A stretch of 64,000 bases of DNA from Nitrosospira sp. 56-18 (GTDB lineage: Bacteria > Pseudomonadota > Gammaproteobacteria > Burkholderiales > Nitrosomonadaceae), in contig MKVR01000052.1 of the NCBI GenBank assembly GCA_001899235.1, forward strand, positions 98,944 through 162,943, in the 5' to 3' direction. Both the position numbers and the translations under genes were made by a program. A model generated the notes under the pieces. The model was not told where the DNA came from. It saw only the letters and a program-made list of their open reading frames with translations, and searched no databases. Shown here one piece after another: positions 49,108 through 58,943 of the stretch. The first letter of the stretch is position 1. Every line of letters starts with the position of its first letter.

Positions 49108-50460
49108 CTACATCTGCAACTGGAAGGAAAATTTGAAAACATCCGCTTTTCCACCAGCCGCATCGGGCGAATAGTCCGCGCCCTTGGTGCGAAGATCGCC
49201 ATGCTGATAATAGGCCGCTATTCGCGCATTGAAGCCATCGATGACATAATTCACGCCCCCCTCGATTTCCTCCCGTTTGCTGCTATGGTCGGGTTGAATA
49301 CTGGTGTATCTTCCATAGGGCTGGAGTTTGCCGATACCTATCATGACAGGAACCAGATAAAGACCGGTAACTGTCCATGATTTTCCATCGAATATGCAAA
49401 AGCAATCCGGGTCGGCGAAAGCCAGGGGAGAATAATTGGCATAAAATTGCTTATACTCCGCGTTGATCGTTGCCACGCCCATGTTTTTGGGCAGGATTTT
49501 TTCAAGCACCGCATCCCCTACGAGGCCCAGGAAATCGCTGCGGTGCGCGAATGAACCCGCGCCCTCTTTCTGGTACGAAGCGCCGACCGCCAGTGCAAGG
49601 ATATCGCCGGCGTTGCCAAAATAAGTGCCGCGAGTGTAATAGCCCGGATTTTTTTCCGGGTTCCAGAAATTATAAGTGAGGCGCCCTGCCCACGATATGC
49701 TGTTTCCCTGGTTTGGCCCCTTCTGCATGGGAGTGGATGACTGCAATCCCCTGTATATGCCTCCTGCATAACCGAGCGTGCCCCTCACGAAACCAGGCTC
49801 GATACTGCCCCAAAAAGTGACGCCATCGTCATGTCCGTAGCGGCCGGCGCCGCCACTGCCAAATTTGGTGCTGAAATCCTGCGGAAAAAATGGCGTCTTG
49901 AAGGCATCGTGGGTGGACTGGTGGAATGGACCGCTCAGTTCACCGCGTTCCGTGGGTATCTGCATGCGCCCGCCCCAGATATTGATGAAACGGTTGATCT
50001 CGACCTTGCCTATCGCGGCCAGGATGTTATAGGACATCCTGGGATTGTCGTTCGGATGAGTGTTATTGCAAAAAATACAGTCGGTATAGCTTTCGAATTT
50101 GATGTATCTATGGATCTGTCCATTGAGAAAGACGCGGGCATTGTCGATCCGGAAGGTATCATGAAAATTGCCGGTTTCCGGGTTTTCCGCCCATACGCCC
50201 GAGCCGCGGAAACCGGCGCCGAGCGTAAACCACCTGGTCTCATCGATAGCCCACCGGGGTTTGGTATTCGCATGCCCCAGGCCGTTCAGCGCATGGACTT
50301 CGGAAGCAGTAGCCAATATCCCCGTGACCAGGCTAGCCAGTATCAAAGCGCGGACGGGGGACCAGTTTTTTTCCTTGCCCATGCCAGGCCGCCGTATTGA
50401 CGAATCTGCTGATCTCCTGTGCTCTTTCATCGGTTTTCGCAACGATCTTCTGTCAGTCAT
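49108..50460 (-). CDS. Outer-membrane porin, FmdC (short-chain amide/urea porin)-like
   Basis: Amphipathic beta-strands, AGRLTYNFW.PE.NPGYY, C-terminal FSFQLQM; resemblance to FmdC-type porins from memory; start uncertain. Confidence 0.6.
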   Translation of the reverse strand: MTDRRSLRKPMKEHRRSADSSIRRPGMGKEKNWSPVRALILASLVTGILATASEVHALNGLGHANTKPRWAIDETRWFTLGAGFRGSGVWAENPETGNFHDTFRIDNARVFLNGQIHRYIKFESYTDCIFCNNTHPNDNPRMSYNILAAIGKVEINRFINIWGGRMQIPTERGELSGPFHQSTHDAFKTPFFPQDFSTKFGSGGAGRYGHDDGVTFWGSIEPGFVRGTLGYAGGIYRGLQSSTPMQKGPNQGNSISWAGRLTYNFWNPEKNPGYYTRGTYFGNAGDILALAVGASYQKEGAGSFAHRSDFLGLVGDAVLEKILPKNMGVATINAEYKQFYANYSPLAFADPDCFCIFDGKSWTVTGLYLVPVMIGIGKLQPYGRYTSIQPDHSSKREEIEGGVNYVIDGFNARIAAYYQHGDLRTKGADYSPDAAGGKADVFKFSFQLQM

Positions 50461-50612
50461 GATGATTTCTCTCCCAAAGAATCGGTGGTGAAGGGAATTT
50501 GGCTATTAATGCTGTTAGCATATTATGCGTCGAGTTGAATCCGGCATTGACCGCTCTTGGCCGCCTTGGCCGCCCACCCCAGGCTGCACGGGCCTCAGGG
50601 AGCAGGCGACGC

Positions 50613-51284
50613 TTATTTCGCGATCGGATTCTGTTGCAGGGAAAATGAACCGAAATAGGGAGCGCCAGCGGAAGGAAATCGCCCAGCCCGCCCCGGCGCG
50701 CAGAGCTTATTGAGTAGCGCGATGGCGGAAATCCGTTTTTCCTCACGGCCTTTTCTCGCCTGATCATGTATTTCGCCGACTATCAGGATATCTCCCCGAA
50801 TATCCGCCTTGACGGTATACGCATCGAAACTGAAATCGCTGCCGAAATCCATCCATTCGACAGGGATGCTGAATTCTCCCCCGTGCAATATATGTTTGGC
50901 GCTGAAACCTGGATGCAGTCCTTCTTCGCCGGCTTTGTTGAATGTTTGCGGCAATCTCTGGCCCTCTGGCTGGAGCAGCCCCTCATAGATCAGGCCATTT
51001 CCCTTCGACCGGTTTATCGGGATAAGGAGAATATGCGCGCGTTCTCCGGATATCTGCAGAAGCAGATAATCGCCGTCGTCCCTGCCTATCCGTTCTCCCC
51101 TGGTCTTGACCTGGAATACCACCTGACCATCCCCGGAAATGGCGGTGGTCACGCGCAGAATATCGAGTTCCGGAAGCAGGGCTTTATCCATGGACGATAT
51201 GATGGTCCGCGGATCGGCATCGATCTGCATGGCCCATGAACTCCCGGCAGCAATCAGGAACAGCAGTGCCGGCGCCCATCTCAT
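50613..51284 (-). CDS. Hypothetical secreted protein
   Basis: Signal peptide ending SWA; ATGA overlap with the SCO gene. Confidence 0.7.
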   Translation of the reverse strand: MRWAPALLFLIAAGSSWAMQIDADPRTIISSMDKALLPELDILRVTTAISGDGQVVFQVKTRGERIGRDDGDYLLLQISGERAHILLIPINRSKGNGLIYEGLLQPEGQRLPQTFNKAGEEGLHPGFSAKHILHGGEFSIPVEWMDFGSDFSFDAYTVKADIRGDILIVGEIHDQARKGREEKRISAIALLNKLCAPGRAGRFPSAGAPYFGSFSLQQNPIAK

Positions 51285-51871
51285 GATTTGAACAAGCTCC
51301 TGTTTTCCTTCATCATCCTGGTGATGCTCTGCGCATCCTGCAATACATCGAATATCACCCGCATTTTCCCTTCCGGGTCGATCAGGAATGCCGAAGTGCT
51401 GTGGTCAACCTGGTAATGAAGGTGGTTGCCGGCATTCTTCGTATAGAAAATAGCCTCCACGCCGAACGCGGCCTTGAAGCGCTCCAGCGCCTCGCCTTCG
51501 AAGCGAAGATAGCCAATGTCGGGGCCGAAGCTTTTCGTGTATCTGGACAAGATGGCATCGGTATCCCTGTCCGGATCCACGGTGACGAATATCCCATTCA
51601 GATTGATTCGCTCAGCCGCGGCGGCGTTGACCAGCATCGCCGTATTGGCAAGTGACATGGGGCATACATCCTTGCAGTGCGTGAATCCAAAAACCAGCAG
51701 TTGCCATTGATTGCCATCGCCCGCGCGCACCTGCTTCAAATGCGCCATCGTTTCAGCCCGCAAGGCCACCGGACGCTGCAAGACAACCGGTGCCGCCATG
51801 ATTTCGGCGAAGAAAAAGACAGATAGCATGACAGCGGCGTGAAAAAGGCAACGCATCGTTCCATGTTTCAT
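51281..51871 (-). CDS. SCO1/SenC family copper chaperone
   Basis: FGFTHCKDVCP (CxxxC), FVTVDPDRDT, VDHST. Confidence 0.92.
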   Translation of the reverse strand: MKHGTMRCLFHAAVMLSVFFFAEIMAAPVVLQRPVALRAETMAHLKQVRAGDGNQWQLLVFGFTHCKDVCPMSLANTAMLVNAAAAERINLNGIFVTVDPDRDTDAILSRYTKSFGPDIGYLRFEGEALERFKAAFGVEAIFYTKNAGNHLHYQVDHSTSAFLIDPEGKMRVIFDVLQDAQSITRMMKENRSLFKS

Positions 51872-52005
51872 TTTTGAAGTCCTTTGTGACCCTTTCTATT
51901 GAATGGAATGTCCGGATTGGTGCCGTCCGAGCCGGCCCATCCCCGCCGCGGCGGGATTTAACCGCGGAGGAAAAACGGATGAGCCGGATGAAGATAAGGC
52001 GAGAA

Positions 52006-53337
52006 TCAGCGAAGGCTGCCCGCGCTGAATATGCCATGCGGCTTCACAAGGCCGTCGCTCGGTCCCCACACCTTGGTGACGGTATCGGTCGCGGTATCGA
52101 TTTTCAGCACATATCCGGAAACCCAGCTTGCCACCATCAGGTAGCGGTTATCCGGAGTCGGGCTGATCGTGTGCGCGACGGTATAGCCGTTCGGCAATCC
52201 GGACCCCGGCTTGAGCCTCTTTATGAATCTGGGGTTGGCGCGATCGGTCAGATCAAATATCGATATGTAACCGTCATTTGCGAACGTGTAGTCCAGCGTA
52301 TCCTCTTCTGCGATATAGAGCTTGCCGTTCACCACGGCAATATCCGATGCCGAGCGGAATACTCCGTTGTCGTTTGCGCTATAGGCGGTCTCGACGATTT
52401 TCTTCGCGGTTCCTTCCAGCGTATCGAGCAGCCAGACGCTGGGCGGAATGATGGAACTGGTGCTCGATGGCGTAAGGGAAGTCTTGTCGAATTGCATCGA
52501 GGCGGTTACCGCATAGCGCTCGTCCAGCCAGTACACGAAATGGGTGAATGCCGCATGCTTCTTCTCATCTCCCAGCATGATCCGGCCGACGGCGTGCAGC
52601 TCTCCGGTTTCCCTGTTGGACCGGTAGACGTCGATCACGCTGTTGTCAAAAAAATAACCCGTGCCCAGACCAACGGTGCCGGACTTGTTGAAATTGACGC
52701 CGTGCGTCTGCTCCGTATATCCCGGTATGACGATAGGATCCACGCTCGCGAGCTGATTCGTTTTATGATTGATCACGCGCACCCTGTCCGATGTGAACTC
52801 GGTGAAATAGAGAAAATCCGAGTATGGCAACAACGTGGGGCCATGTATCTGGGTGCCTCGCCCAATCAGCCAGTTGGGAACCGCCTGGTTACGGTTGGTA
52901 GGCTGGACGAAAGGCAATTCGCCGGGTTTGTTGGGGGTGTCCGCCGCTATCAACGAATCCAGCGACAGTGAAGCCGTTCCCGCATCCCAGTTGATATTGT
53001 CGACATTCAGGGCGATGATGTACGATGGATGATCCTGGGTATTGTCCGACGTGATGTATATCCTGTTTCCCTCTGGCATGACCACCGTATGCTGCAGCGG
53101 AACGTCCCCCGGCCAGCCGTGGATGCTGGCTGGATCCACGATGATCAATTTGTCCCGCTCGTAGTTGAACAGATAGATCATGGCGGTGTGGTAATCGATG
53201 GCGGTGGCTATGGGTTGAATATAGTTGTTGTAAACAGTCGGATAATCATAAAGCGGCAGTGGCGGCTGGGCATTTGCGCCGCCCGCGCCGGTGGATAGCG
53301 CCAGGATGCATGCTGCAACCAGTTGAAGCATTCGCAA
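52006..53337 (-). CDS. Secreted beta-propeller protein with His-bearing blades
   Basis: Signal peptide ending ANA; repeated blade motifs QHT/IHG/THG/THF/AHT/PHG followed by xP(D/E)G-type turns and YVTN-like strands. Confidence 0.8.
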   Translation of the reverse strand: MRMLQLVAACILALSTGAGGANAQPPLPLYDYPTVYNNYIQPIATAIDYHTAMIYLFNYERDKLIIVDPASIHGWPGDVPLQHTVVMPEGNRIYITSDNTQDHPSYIIALNVDNINWDAGTASLSLDSLIAADTPNKPGELPFVQPTNRNQAVPNWLIGRGTQIHGPTLLPYSDFLYFTEFTSDRVRVINHKTNQLASVDPIVIPGYTEQTHGVNFNKSGTVGLGTGYFFDNSVIDVYRSNRETGELHAVGRIMLGDEKKHAAFTHFVYWLDERYAVTASMQFDKTSLTPSSTSSIIPPSVWLLDTLEGTAKKIVETAYSANDNGVFRSASDIAVVNGKLYIAEEDTLDYTFANDGYISIFDLTDRANPRFIKRLKPGSGLPNGYTVAHTISPTPDNRYLMVASWVSGYVLKIDTATDTVTKVWGPSDGLVKPHGIFSAGSLR

Positions 53338-53591
53338 TATTCTTTAAATCGAAAACATATGAATCCCCTGAAAAATTGAAAATAAAAAGTATTGATGGTG
53401 TTATGGATGCATTAATGACAACTGCTTGAAAGAACCCGCCATGGGCGGCTTCCTGACGGGAACCGCGCCATGCTGGCTTCTGTTCGCTAACGAACCCTTT
53501 TCAACCCGGATCATGTTCCTGCCGCAGCCGATTTGCGTTTTCGATGCCTCGCTTTCGGCCTGACGCGGACAGGACCTGGTGGATGCAATGA

Positions 53592-54023
53592 TCAAAGGCC
53601 CTTTGATGATTTGTGCTCCCGGATCTCTGCCCTGTGCGGGGTCACATCGCCGGCATAGGAGTACTCGCCCGTATCGGGAGGGGTTATCTGATTCTTCTGG
53701 GCAGGACTCCCTGATATTCTGCGTGTTTCCTCCGGTTTCACGCTTTCATGGCCGGTATCCCCATTGCTTTTGGCCATCCGTTGCGCTTCTGGCGTGTACA
53801 CTGTGTTGTCCGCGACGGCTGCCCAAACTTCATGCGCCTCATGCGTGGAATTGCGCGCTATCCTGCGTGTTTCCTCCAGCCCTGAAGACTTCCATCCGCC
53901 ATTCGCATGCTCTTCTCTCAACCTTTTTTCCCGTTCAAAATAGGATTCCTGCGCGCTCGCTCCGGTTGCGCCCAGAAGGCCAGCGATGGCGGCGATCAAA
54001 AATGTGCGATATCTGATATTCAT
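53592..54023 (-). CDS. Hypothetical secreted hydrophilic protein
   Basis: Signal peptide ending ASA; EETRRI occurs twice. Confidence 0.65.
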   Translation of the reverse strand: MNIRYRTFLIAAIAGLLGATGASAQESYFEREKRLREEHANGGWKSSGLEETRRIARNSTHEAHEVWAAVADNTVYTPEAQRMAKSNGDTGHESVKPEETRRISGSPAQKNQITPPDTGEYSYAGDVTPHRAEIREHKSSKGL

Positions 54024-54585
54024 GGGATTTTCCTCTCTATAAAAAAACAGCATGCATCGAATTACCAGGCGCACCCGGCAAATAAATCTATTTGTCATAT
54101 AATAGACCTAACAGGCACCGAATACGGTTTTTTCAGGCGTCGTCATGAAGGTTCCGGCAATACGGATCCCTATGCCAGGACCGAGCCTGGCGGAGACGGA
54201 AAGCTTCGCCTTATCCGTTTTTTAAGCTATTGTTTTTATTTCGAAACGTGGCGTTTCGTCGAGGTCGACAGATTTCAGGATAAAACCTGCCTGGTGGGGG
54301 TTCTCTATGCAAAAGAGATTTTTGTGCGGATTTGGCGTCGAACTCCGGTTCATGCCATCCAAATCATCAGAACACATGACAAGCATCGCATACTCATGTT
54401 ACATGCATATGAAATCACGCTCTTCCAATTAAAACATGTTTTAACGCCAGCCGGATTATTCCATGGCGCGATGTGAATGCAATTCGATTGCTCCTGCATG
54501 TTCAAAGGTATTCTCTGAATCATTGAACCGGGCATGGAACGCTGTCGAGCCGGGACTATGACAAAAATATATCGATGGCGCTGGT

Positions 54586-54615
54586 GGTGATGGTGATGGT
54601 GATGGTGATGGTGAT
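54586..54615. repeat. (GGTGAT)5 microsatellite
   Basis: Five perfect hexamer units. Confidence 0.9.
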
Positions 54616-54781
54616 TGCGGGGAATGCCTGAATCCGCATGCCCTGCCGGAACAATGCCAGGCGGCCCGCGCTTGATCATCCGTGCGATAACGGGCAATGT
54701 TGCGTTTCTGGATGCGCTTTCCGCTTACGGAAAGCGGGACATGCAGGGGCACGGATAAATGAACGGAAAAAGGGAAATGCC

Positions 54782-55693
54782 ATGAATACAGGAATATCGC
54801 GAATTCCACTTATTCTCATTCTCCTGCTGCTCGGCGGCTTACCCGCCCAGGCCTCCCAGCCCGCGCCTATTCCCGCTTCCGCGCCGGCGCCTGCGCCGGC
54901 ACCCCTGCAGGATGGCGGGAATATCGAATTCATGGACAACAGCCAGATCGTGAAGGTACTGTCGCTCGGCTACCTGGAGGCTATCGCGCCACCCCTCTCG
55001 TTGCAGGTCTTCGAACCGCACGAAGGCAGGAAACGTGTTTACCGGGTGCTTCCGGCCCGATCTGTATTCGATGCGGTTTTCGGGAACAAGTGGAAAGAAG
55101 CGAAGGAAATCGTATTCCTGTCCAGCGACGGATACCGGGCTACCGTCCCCGTGGCAAAGTTTGCCGGGCACGAAGCCTTCCTGGCTTTCGCGCATGACGA
55201 TGGCAGGCCCTTCATGATGGTCAATACGCTGCAAAACAACGAGCTGGTACAACTGGGGCCGCTTTACCTGGTATGGGACAACGTGAATTCGGAAGCGCTG
55301 CTCGAATCCGGCGCGTCGGACATGCCCTACCAGATCAGGGCTGTCGAGCTCAAATCCGGTGATTCCTTCCCGAAAATGACCCCGCCTCAGGATGCATCCT
55401 CACAGGCGCGACGCGGGTTCGTCCATTTCCGGAAATACTGTGCGTCATGCCACGCCATCAATGGCGAGGGCGGAACCAAAGGGCCGGAACTCAATTTTCC
55501 GGTCAGCGTGACAGAGTATATCCAGTCTGGCTACCTGAAGCGCTGGATCGAGAATCCGCAGAGCATCCGGTACAATACGACGATGCCGGGTCTGGGCAAG
55601 GAAATACCCCGGCGCGAACAGGTCATCGAGGAGCTCATCGCTTATCTCGAGGCCATGAGTATTGCCAAACACGACCCTGCAGGCGTACCCTGA
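54782..55693 (+). CDS. Periplasmic class I cytochrome c fused to an N-terminal molybdopterin-oxidoreductase-like domain
   Basis: Signal peptide, PA linker, FLSSDGYRATVP..GPLYLVW, then CASCH and a distal TTMP. Confidence 0.75.
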   Translation: MNTGISRIPLILILLLLGGLPAQASQPAPIPASAPAPAPAPLQDGGNIEFMDNSQIVKVLSLGYLEAIAPPLSLQVFEPHEGRKRVYRVLPARSVFDAVFGNKWKEAKEIVFLSSDGYRATVPVAKFAGHEAFLAFAHDDGRPFMMVNTLQNNELVQLGPLYLVWDNVNSEALLESGASDMPYQIRAVELKSGDSFPKMTPPQDASSQARRGFVHFRKYCASCHAINGEGGTKGPELNFPVSVTEYIQSGYLKRWIENPQSIRYNTTMPGLGKEIPRREQVIEELIAYLEAMSIAKHDPAGVP

Positions 55694-55823
55694 TCCATCG
55701 CGGGATATCCGCATGCCGGAGTCCGTTATTCTTTATTCCAAGAAAGGAGCCGCGCTCCGCCAAAACAGGAAATTGCTCATGCGCGACAGGAAGCACGAAG
55801 ACAACCAGGGCCGGGGGACAAGC

Positions 55824-56213
55824 ATGCAGCTTTTGTTGATACTGGGCATCGCCGTCGCCATCGCCGCGGTGGCCTTTGCCCTGCAGAACAACATGACCGT
55901 GACCGTCACCCTGGGCCTGTGGAGCTTCGACAGCTCGCTCGCCATGGTATTGCTGCTCGCGATGGCGGTCGGGGCAGCTATCGCGTTGCTGGTTTCCTGG
56001 CCGGGAATGATCAAAAGGCTGTGGTCAAGTTCTCAATTGCGGCGCAAGGTGAACAAGCTGGAAGCGGACAAGGCCGAACTGGAACAGCGCGTGACCCGGC
56101 TCAGGGAAGAGCTTGCACGAGTCAGCCCCGAGCCGCTGCCGGAAGAACCTCCGCCTCATCTTGACCTGAAATCGCTGTTTCTCGGCAACGACGGCGAAAA
56201 GCCAAAGGAATGA
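55824..56213 (+). CDS. LapA (DUF1049) family membrane protein
   Basis: AFALQNN..VTV, two TM helices, then coiled coil. Confidence 0.8.
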   Translation: MQLLLILGIAVAIAAVAFALQNNMTVTVTLGLWSFDSSLAMVLLLAMAVGAAIALLVSWPGMIKRLWSSSQLRRKVNKLEADKAELEQRVTRLREELARVSPEPLPEEPPPHLDLKSLFLGNDGEKPKE

Positions 56214-56392
56214 GATCGCCGGACCAGGATTGCGGCACATGATCCCAAATCCGGTAGTTGCCCGCTTTTTTTAGTTTGGAACCATGATCCACAAAGATTT
56301 TCCGCGGCACTCGATGTTCAGTATCCGAAATTTACGGCCAACCTCACCTGTCCGACTGCCGAATTCGGGATAACGCGCAGTGGAGCATGGAG

Positions 56393-56884
56393 CTATTGCC
56401 CGCCGGCGCCGCTCCTCGTCAATTCCATGAGCTGATCGAACAGGGCTCGCCGCTGCTCGCCCAGTTCCGTATAACGCGAATACAGGCGATTCAAGTCCTG
56501 CCCATATTGCTGAATGCGCTCCTGGCGCTCCCTCAGCAGCCGCACCTGATCATCGTAGCTGACCGGTGGATTGCCGCTCAGGCCGCCGCTGGCGTAGGGC
56601 ATGATCGAGGTCATGTTTGCCCCCTGGATGACCTGTGGATTGTTATCCTGTATCTCGTTGCGCCGCAACTCCTGCGTCATCTGGAACTGCTGGTACACTG
56701 CCTGCCGCTCGTGGTCCACCTGCTTCAGCGCCATCTCCAGTTCCGCGATCCTTGGATCGGCGGGCGGGCGCTCCATCGGAGCATGCGCTGGACGGACATC
56801 TTTCGGATAGGAGGTGTTTTGCGCGCTTGCCTGGCCGGCCAGGCAAGCACTCAATAACAGGACGGCAAAAGTTGTCAGCTTCAT
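56393..56884 (-). CDS. Hypothetical secreted coiled-coil protein
   Basis: Signal peptide ending ASA; Q/E/R-rich helices. Confidence 0.7.
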   Translation of the reverse strand: MKLTTFAVLLLSACLAGQASAQNTSYPKDVRPAHAPMERPPADPRIAELEMALKQVDHERQAVYQQFQMTQELRRNEIQDNNPQVIQGANMTSIMPYASGGLSGNPPVSYDDQVRLLRERQERIQQYGQDLNRLYSRYTELGEQRRALFDQLMELTRSGAGGQ

Positions 56885-57167
56885 GATGATTTCCCCCATC
56901 AACCGTAACATATCGCGAGCCCATCATGCGCGTCGCCGCCTTTCGCGCATCCCATTCCGCAAAGCCGCCGCCAGCCAGGATTGGCTCAGCGCTTCCTTGA
57001 TCATCCTGCTGTGAACCCGCCGCAATGTCAAGCATCGGCCAGAGAGCCAGCCATTGCGCCACATTCCCCGGAAAATGGCTGAAGACAGCTGTGCTCCCGG
57101 TCCCGGTTTCCTTCGCTTGCCTGCCATGGTAACGTCACGGATGCAGATATATGGCAACGAACCCGAC

Positions 57168-58436
57168 ATGTCTGACGACGATCCCGCTATCGAATCCCCA
57201 GCCTTCATCCCGCAGCCCCTGAAAGCCCGCAAGGGCCGTGGTGCCGTTTCCAACCTGCAAGGGCGGTATGAGGCGCTGGCGCGTGAAGCGGTGGATGACG
57301 GCTGGCCCGCACTGGAGGCAGAGCATCCGCCCGGTGATCCCGGCCATGACCGAGGCGACGAAGATGCAGCGGCAAGCGGAACAAGCGGAAGAAGACGGGA
57401 AGATACGCAGCCCGCGGCTCTGAAGACAGAAGTCATCGAGGAACGCGCGAAAACCATATTGACTCGCAACCGGTCTCCCGACGTGCCTTTCAGCATTTCG
57501 CTCAACCCTTATCGCGGCTGCGAGCATGGCTGCATCTACTGCCTTGCCCGGCCCACGCACAGCTACCTCGGCCTGTCGCCGGGACTGGATTTCGAGAGCA
57601 AAATTTACGCAAAAATCAATGCCCCGGAGCTCCTGCGGCAGGAACTGGCCAAAAAGTCCTATATTCCCGAACCGATCGCACTTGGCGTGAATACCGATGC
57701 CTACCAGCCCTGCGAGCGCGAGCTGCGGCTGACGCGCCGCGTGCTCGGAGTGCTGCACGAGTGCGGGCATCCGGCCGCGCTGATCACCAAATCGTCGCTG
57801 ATCGAACGCGACATCGACCTGCTGCGCGACATGGCGGCAAAGCGGCTGGTCGCCGCGGCAGTCACGATCACCACGCTGGACCATTCCATTTCCCGGACGC
57901 TGGAACCGCGTGCCGCAGCGCCGGCGCGCCGCCTGCGCGTGATCCGCACGCTGACCGATGCAGGGATTCCCGTGGGGGTCAGCGTCGCCCCGGTAATTCC
58001 CTTTATCACCGAACCCGAATTGGAAAAAGTGCTGGCGGCGGCGGCAGAAGCCGGGGCGGTCAGCGCTGGCTATGTCGTATTGCGGCTGCCATGGGAAGTC
58101 AGCCCGCTATTCCGGCAGTGGTTGGAGGCGCACTTTCCGGAGCGGGCACAACGTGTCATGAACCGGGTGCGCGAAATGCGTGGCGGCAAGGATTACGATG
58201 CCTCGTTTGGGAGGCGCATGCACGGCGAGGGTGTCTGGGCGGACATGATACGCCAGCGCTTCGAAAAATGTGTGACGCGGATCGGCCTCGATGTGCGCCA
58301 AGACCGCTTCGCCGCACTCGATATCTCGCATTTTAGCCCTCCGCTGCTCCGGTCGGTACCGGCCGGAGCAGCTTTTCCCGCCGGGCGTGGAGGCCGCAAG
58401 GCCGCGAAGACGGATGGGCAAATCGAATTGTTCTGA
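57168..58436 (+). CDS. PA0069/SplB-like radical SAM protein
   Basis: SLNPYRGCEHGCIYC.ARPTH, GVNTDAYQP.ER, ITKS.LIERD; start uncertain. Confidence 0.92.
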   Translation: MSDDDPAIESPAFIPQPLKARKGRGAVSNLQGRYEALAREAVDDGWPALEAEHPPGDPGHDRGDEDAAASGTSGRRREDTQPAALKTEVIEERAKTILTRNRSPDVPFSISLNPYRGCEHGCIYCLARPTHSYLGLSPGLDFESKIYAKINAPELLRQELAKKSYIPEPIALGVNTDAYQPCERELRLTRRVLGVLHECGHPAALITKSSLIERDIDLLRDMAAKRLVAAAVTITTLDHSISRTLEPRAAAPARRLRVIRTLTDAGIPVGVSVAPVIPFITEPELEKVLAAAAEAGAVSAGYVVLRLPWEVSPLFRQWLEAHFPERAQRVMNRVREMRGGKDYDASFGRRMHGEGVWADMIRQRFEKCVTRIGLDVRQDRFAALDISHFSPPLLRSVPAGAAFPAGRGGRKAAKTDGQIELF

Positions 58437-58607
58437 ATGGTTCTGATCTGGCATGGCCGCAGCTCGGCGGGTGGAAAGAACAGGCATGCGGAAAACGATC
58501 CGGTTGTCATGCAATTGACTTCATCCGGGACTCCTGGAGAATTTGAAAGGATTTGTGAACCCTCATTCTCTCCTATCTCGGGTGAACAACCTACTGAGAA
58601 ATGACAC

Positions 58608-58934
58608 CTAGGTACACTCCTCCCCTCGTTCGCCGGTGCTGATACGCGCGCTTTCGACCACATCGAGAACATATATCTTGCCCGCGCCGTGCTGATGCGT
58701 ATTGGCTACGACCATGATTTCATTGACAATGCGCTCCACCAGATCATCGGAGGCAAAAATCTCTATGCGCTTTTTTGGCACATAGGGCGAAAAATCCCGG
58801 CCAACGATGAACTTGACTCGCCCGAAGCCTTCGCAGTCGGTCACGCTCATGCCGGGGAAATCAGGTATCTCGAGCAGTGTCTGCGTAACCTTCAGCAGCA
58901 TGAAAGGCTCGATATAAGCGCGGATCTCTTTCAT
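58608..58934 (-). CDS. P-II-like protein associated with heavy-metal RND
   Basis: MKEIRAYI.P, GMSV..CEGFG, K.RIEI, GAGKIYV..V....RISTGERG. Confidence 0.85.
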   Translation of the reverse strand: MKEIRAYIEPFMLLKVTQTLLEIPDFPGMSVTDCEGFGRVKFIVGRDFSPYVPKKRIEIFASDDLVERIVNEIMVVANTHQHGAGKIYVLDVVESARISTGERGEECT

Positions 58935-58943
58935 CGAGAGGCC

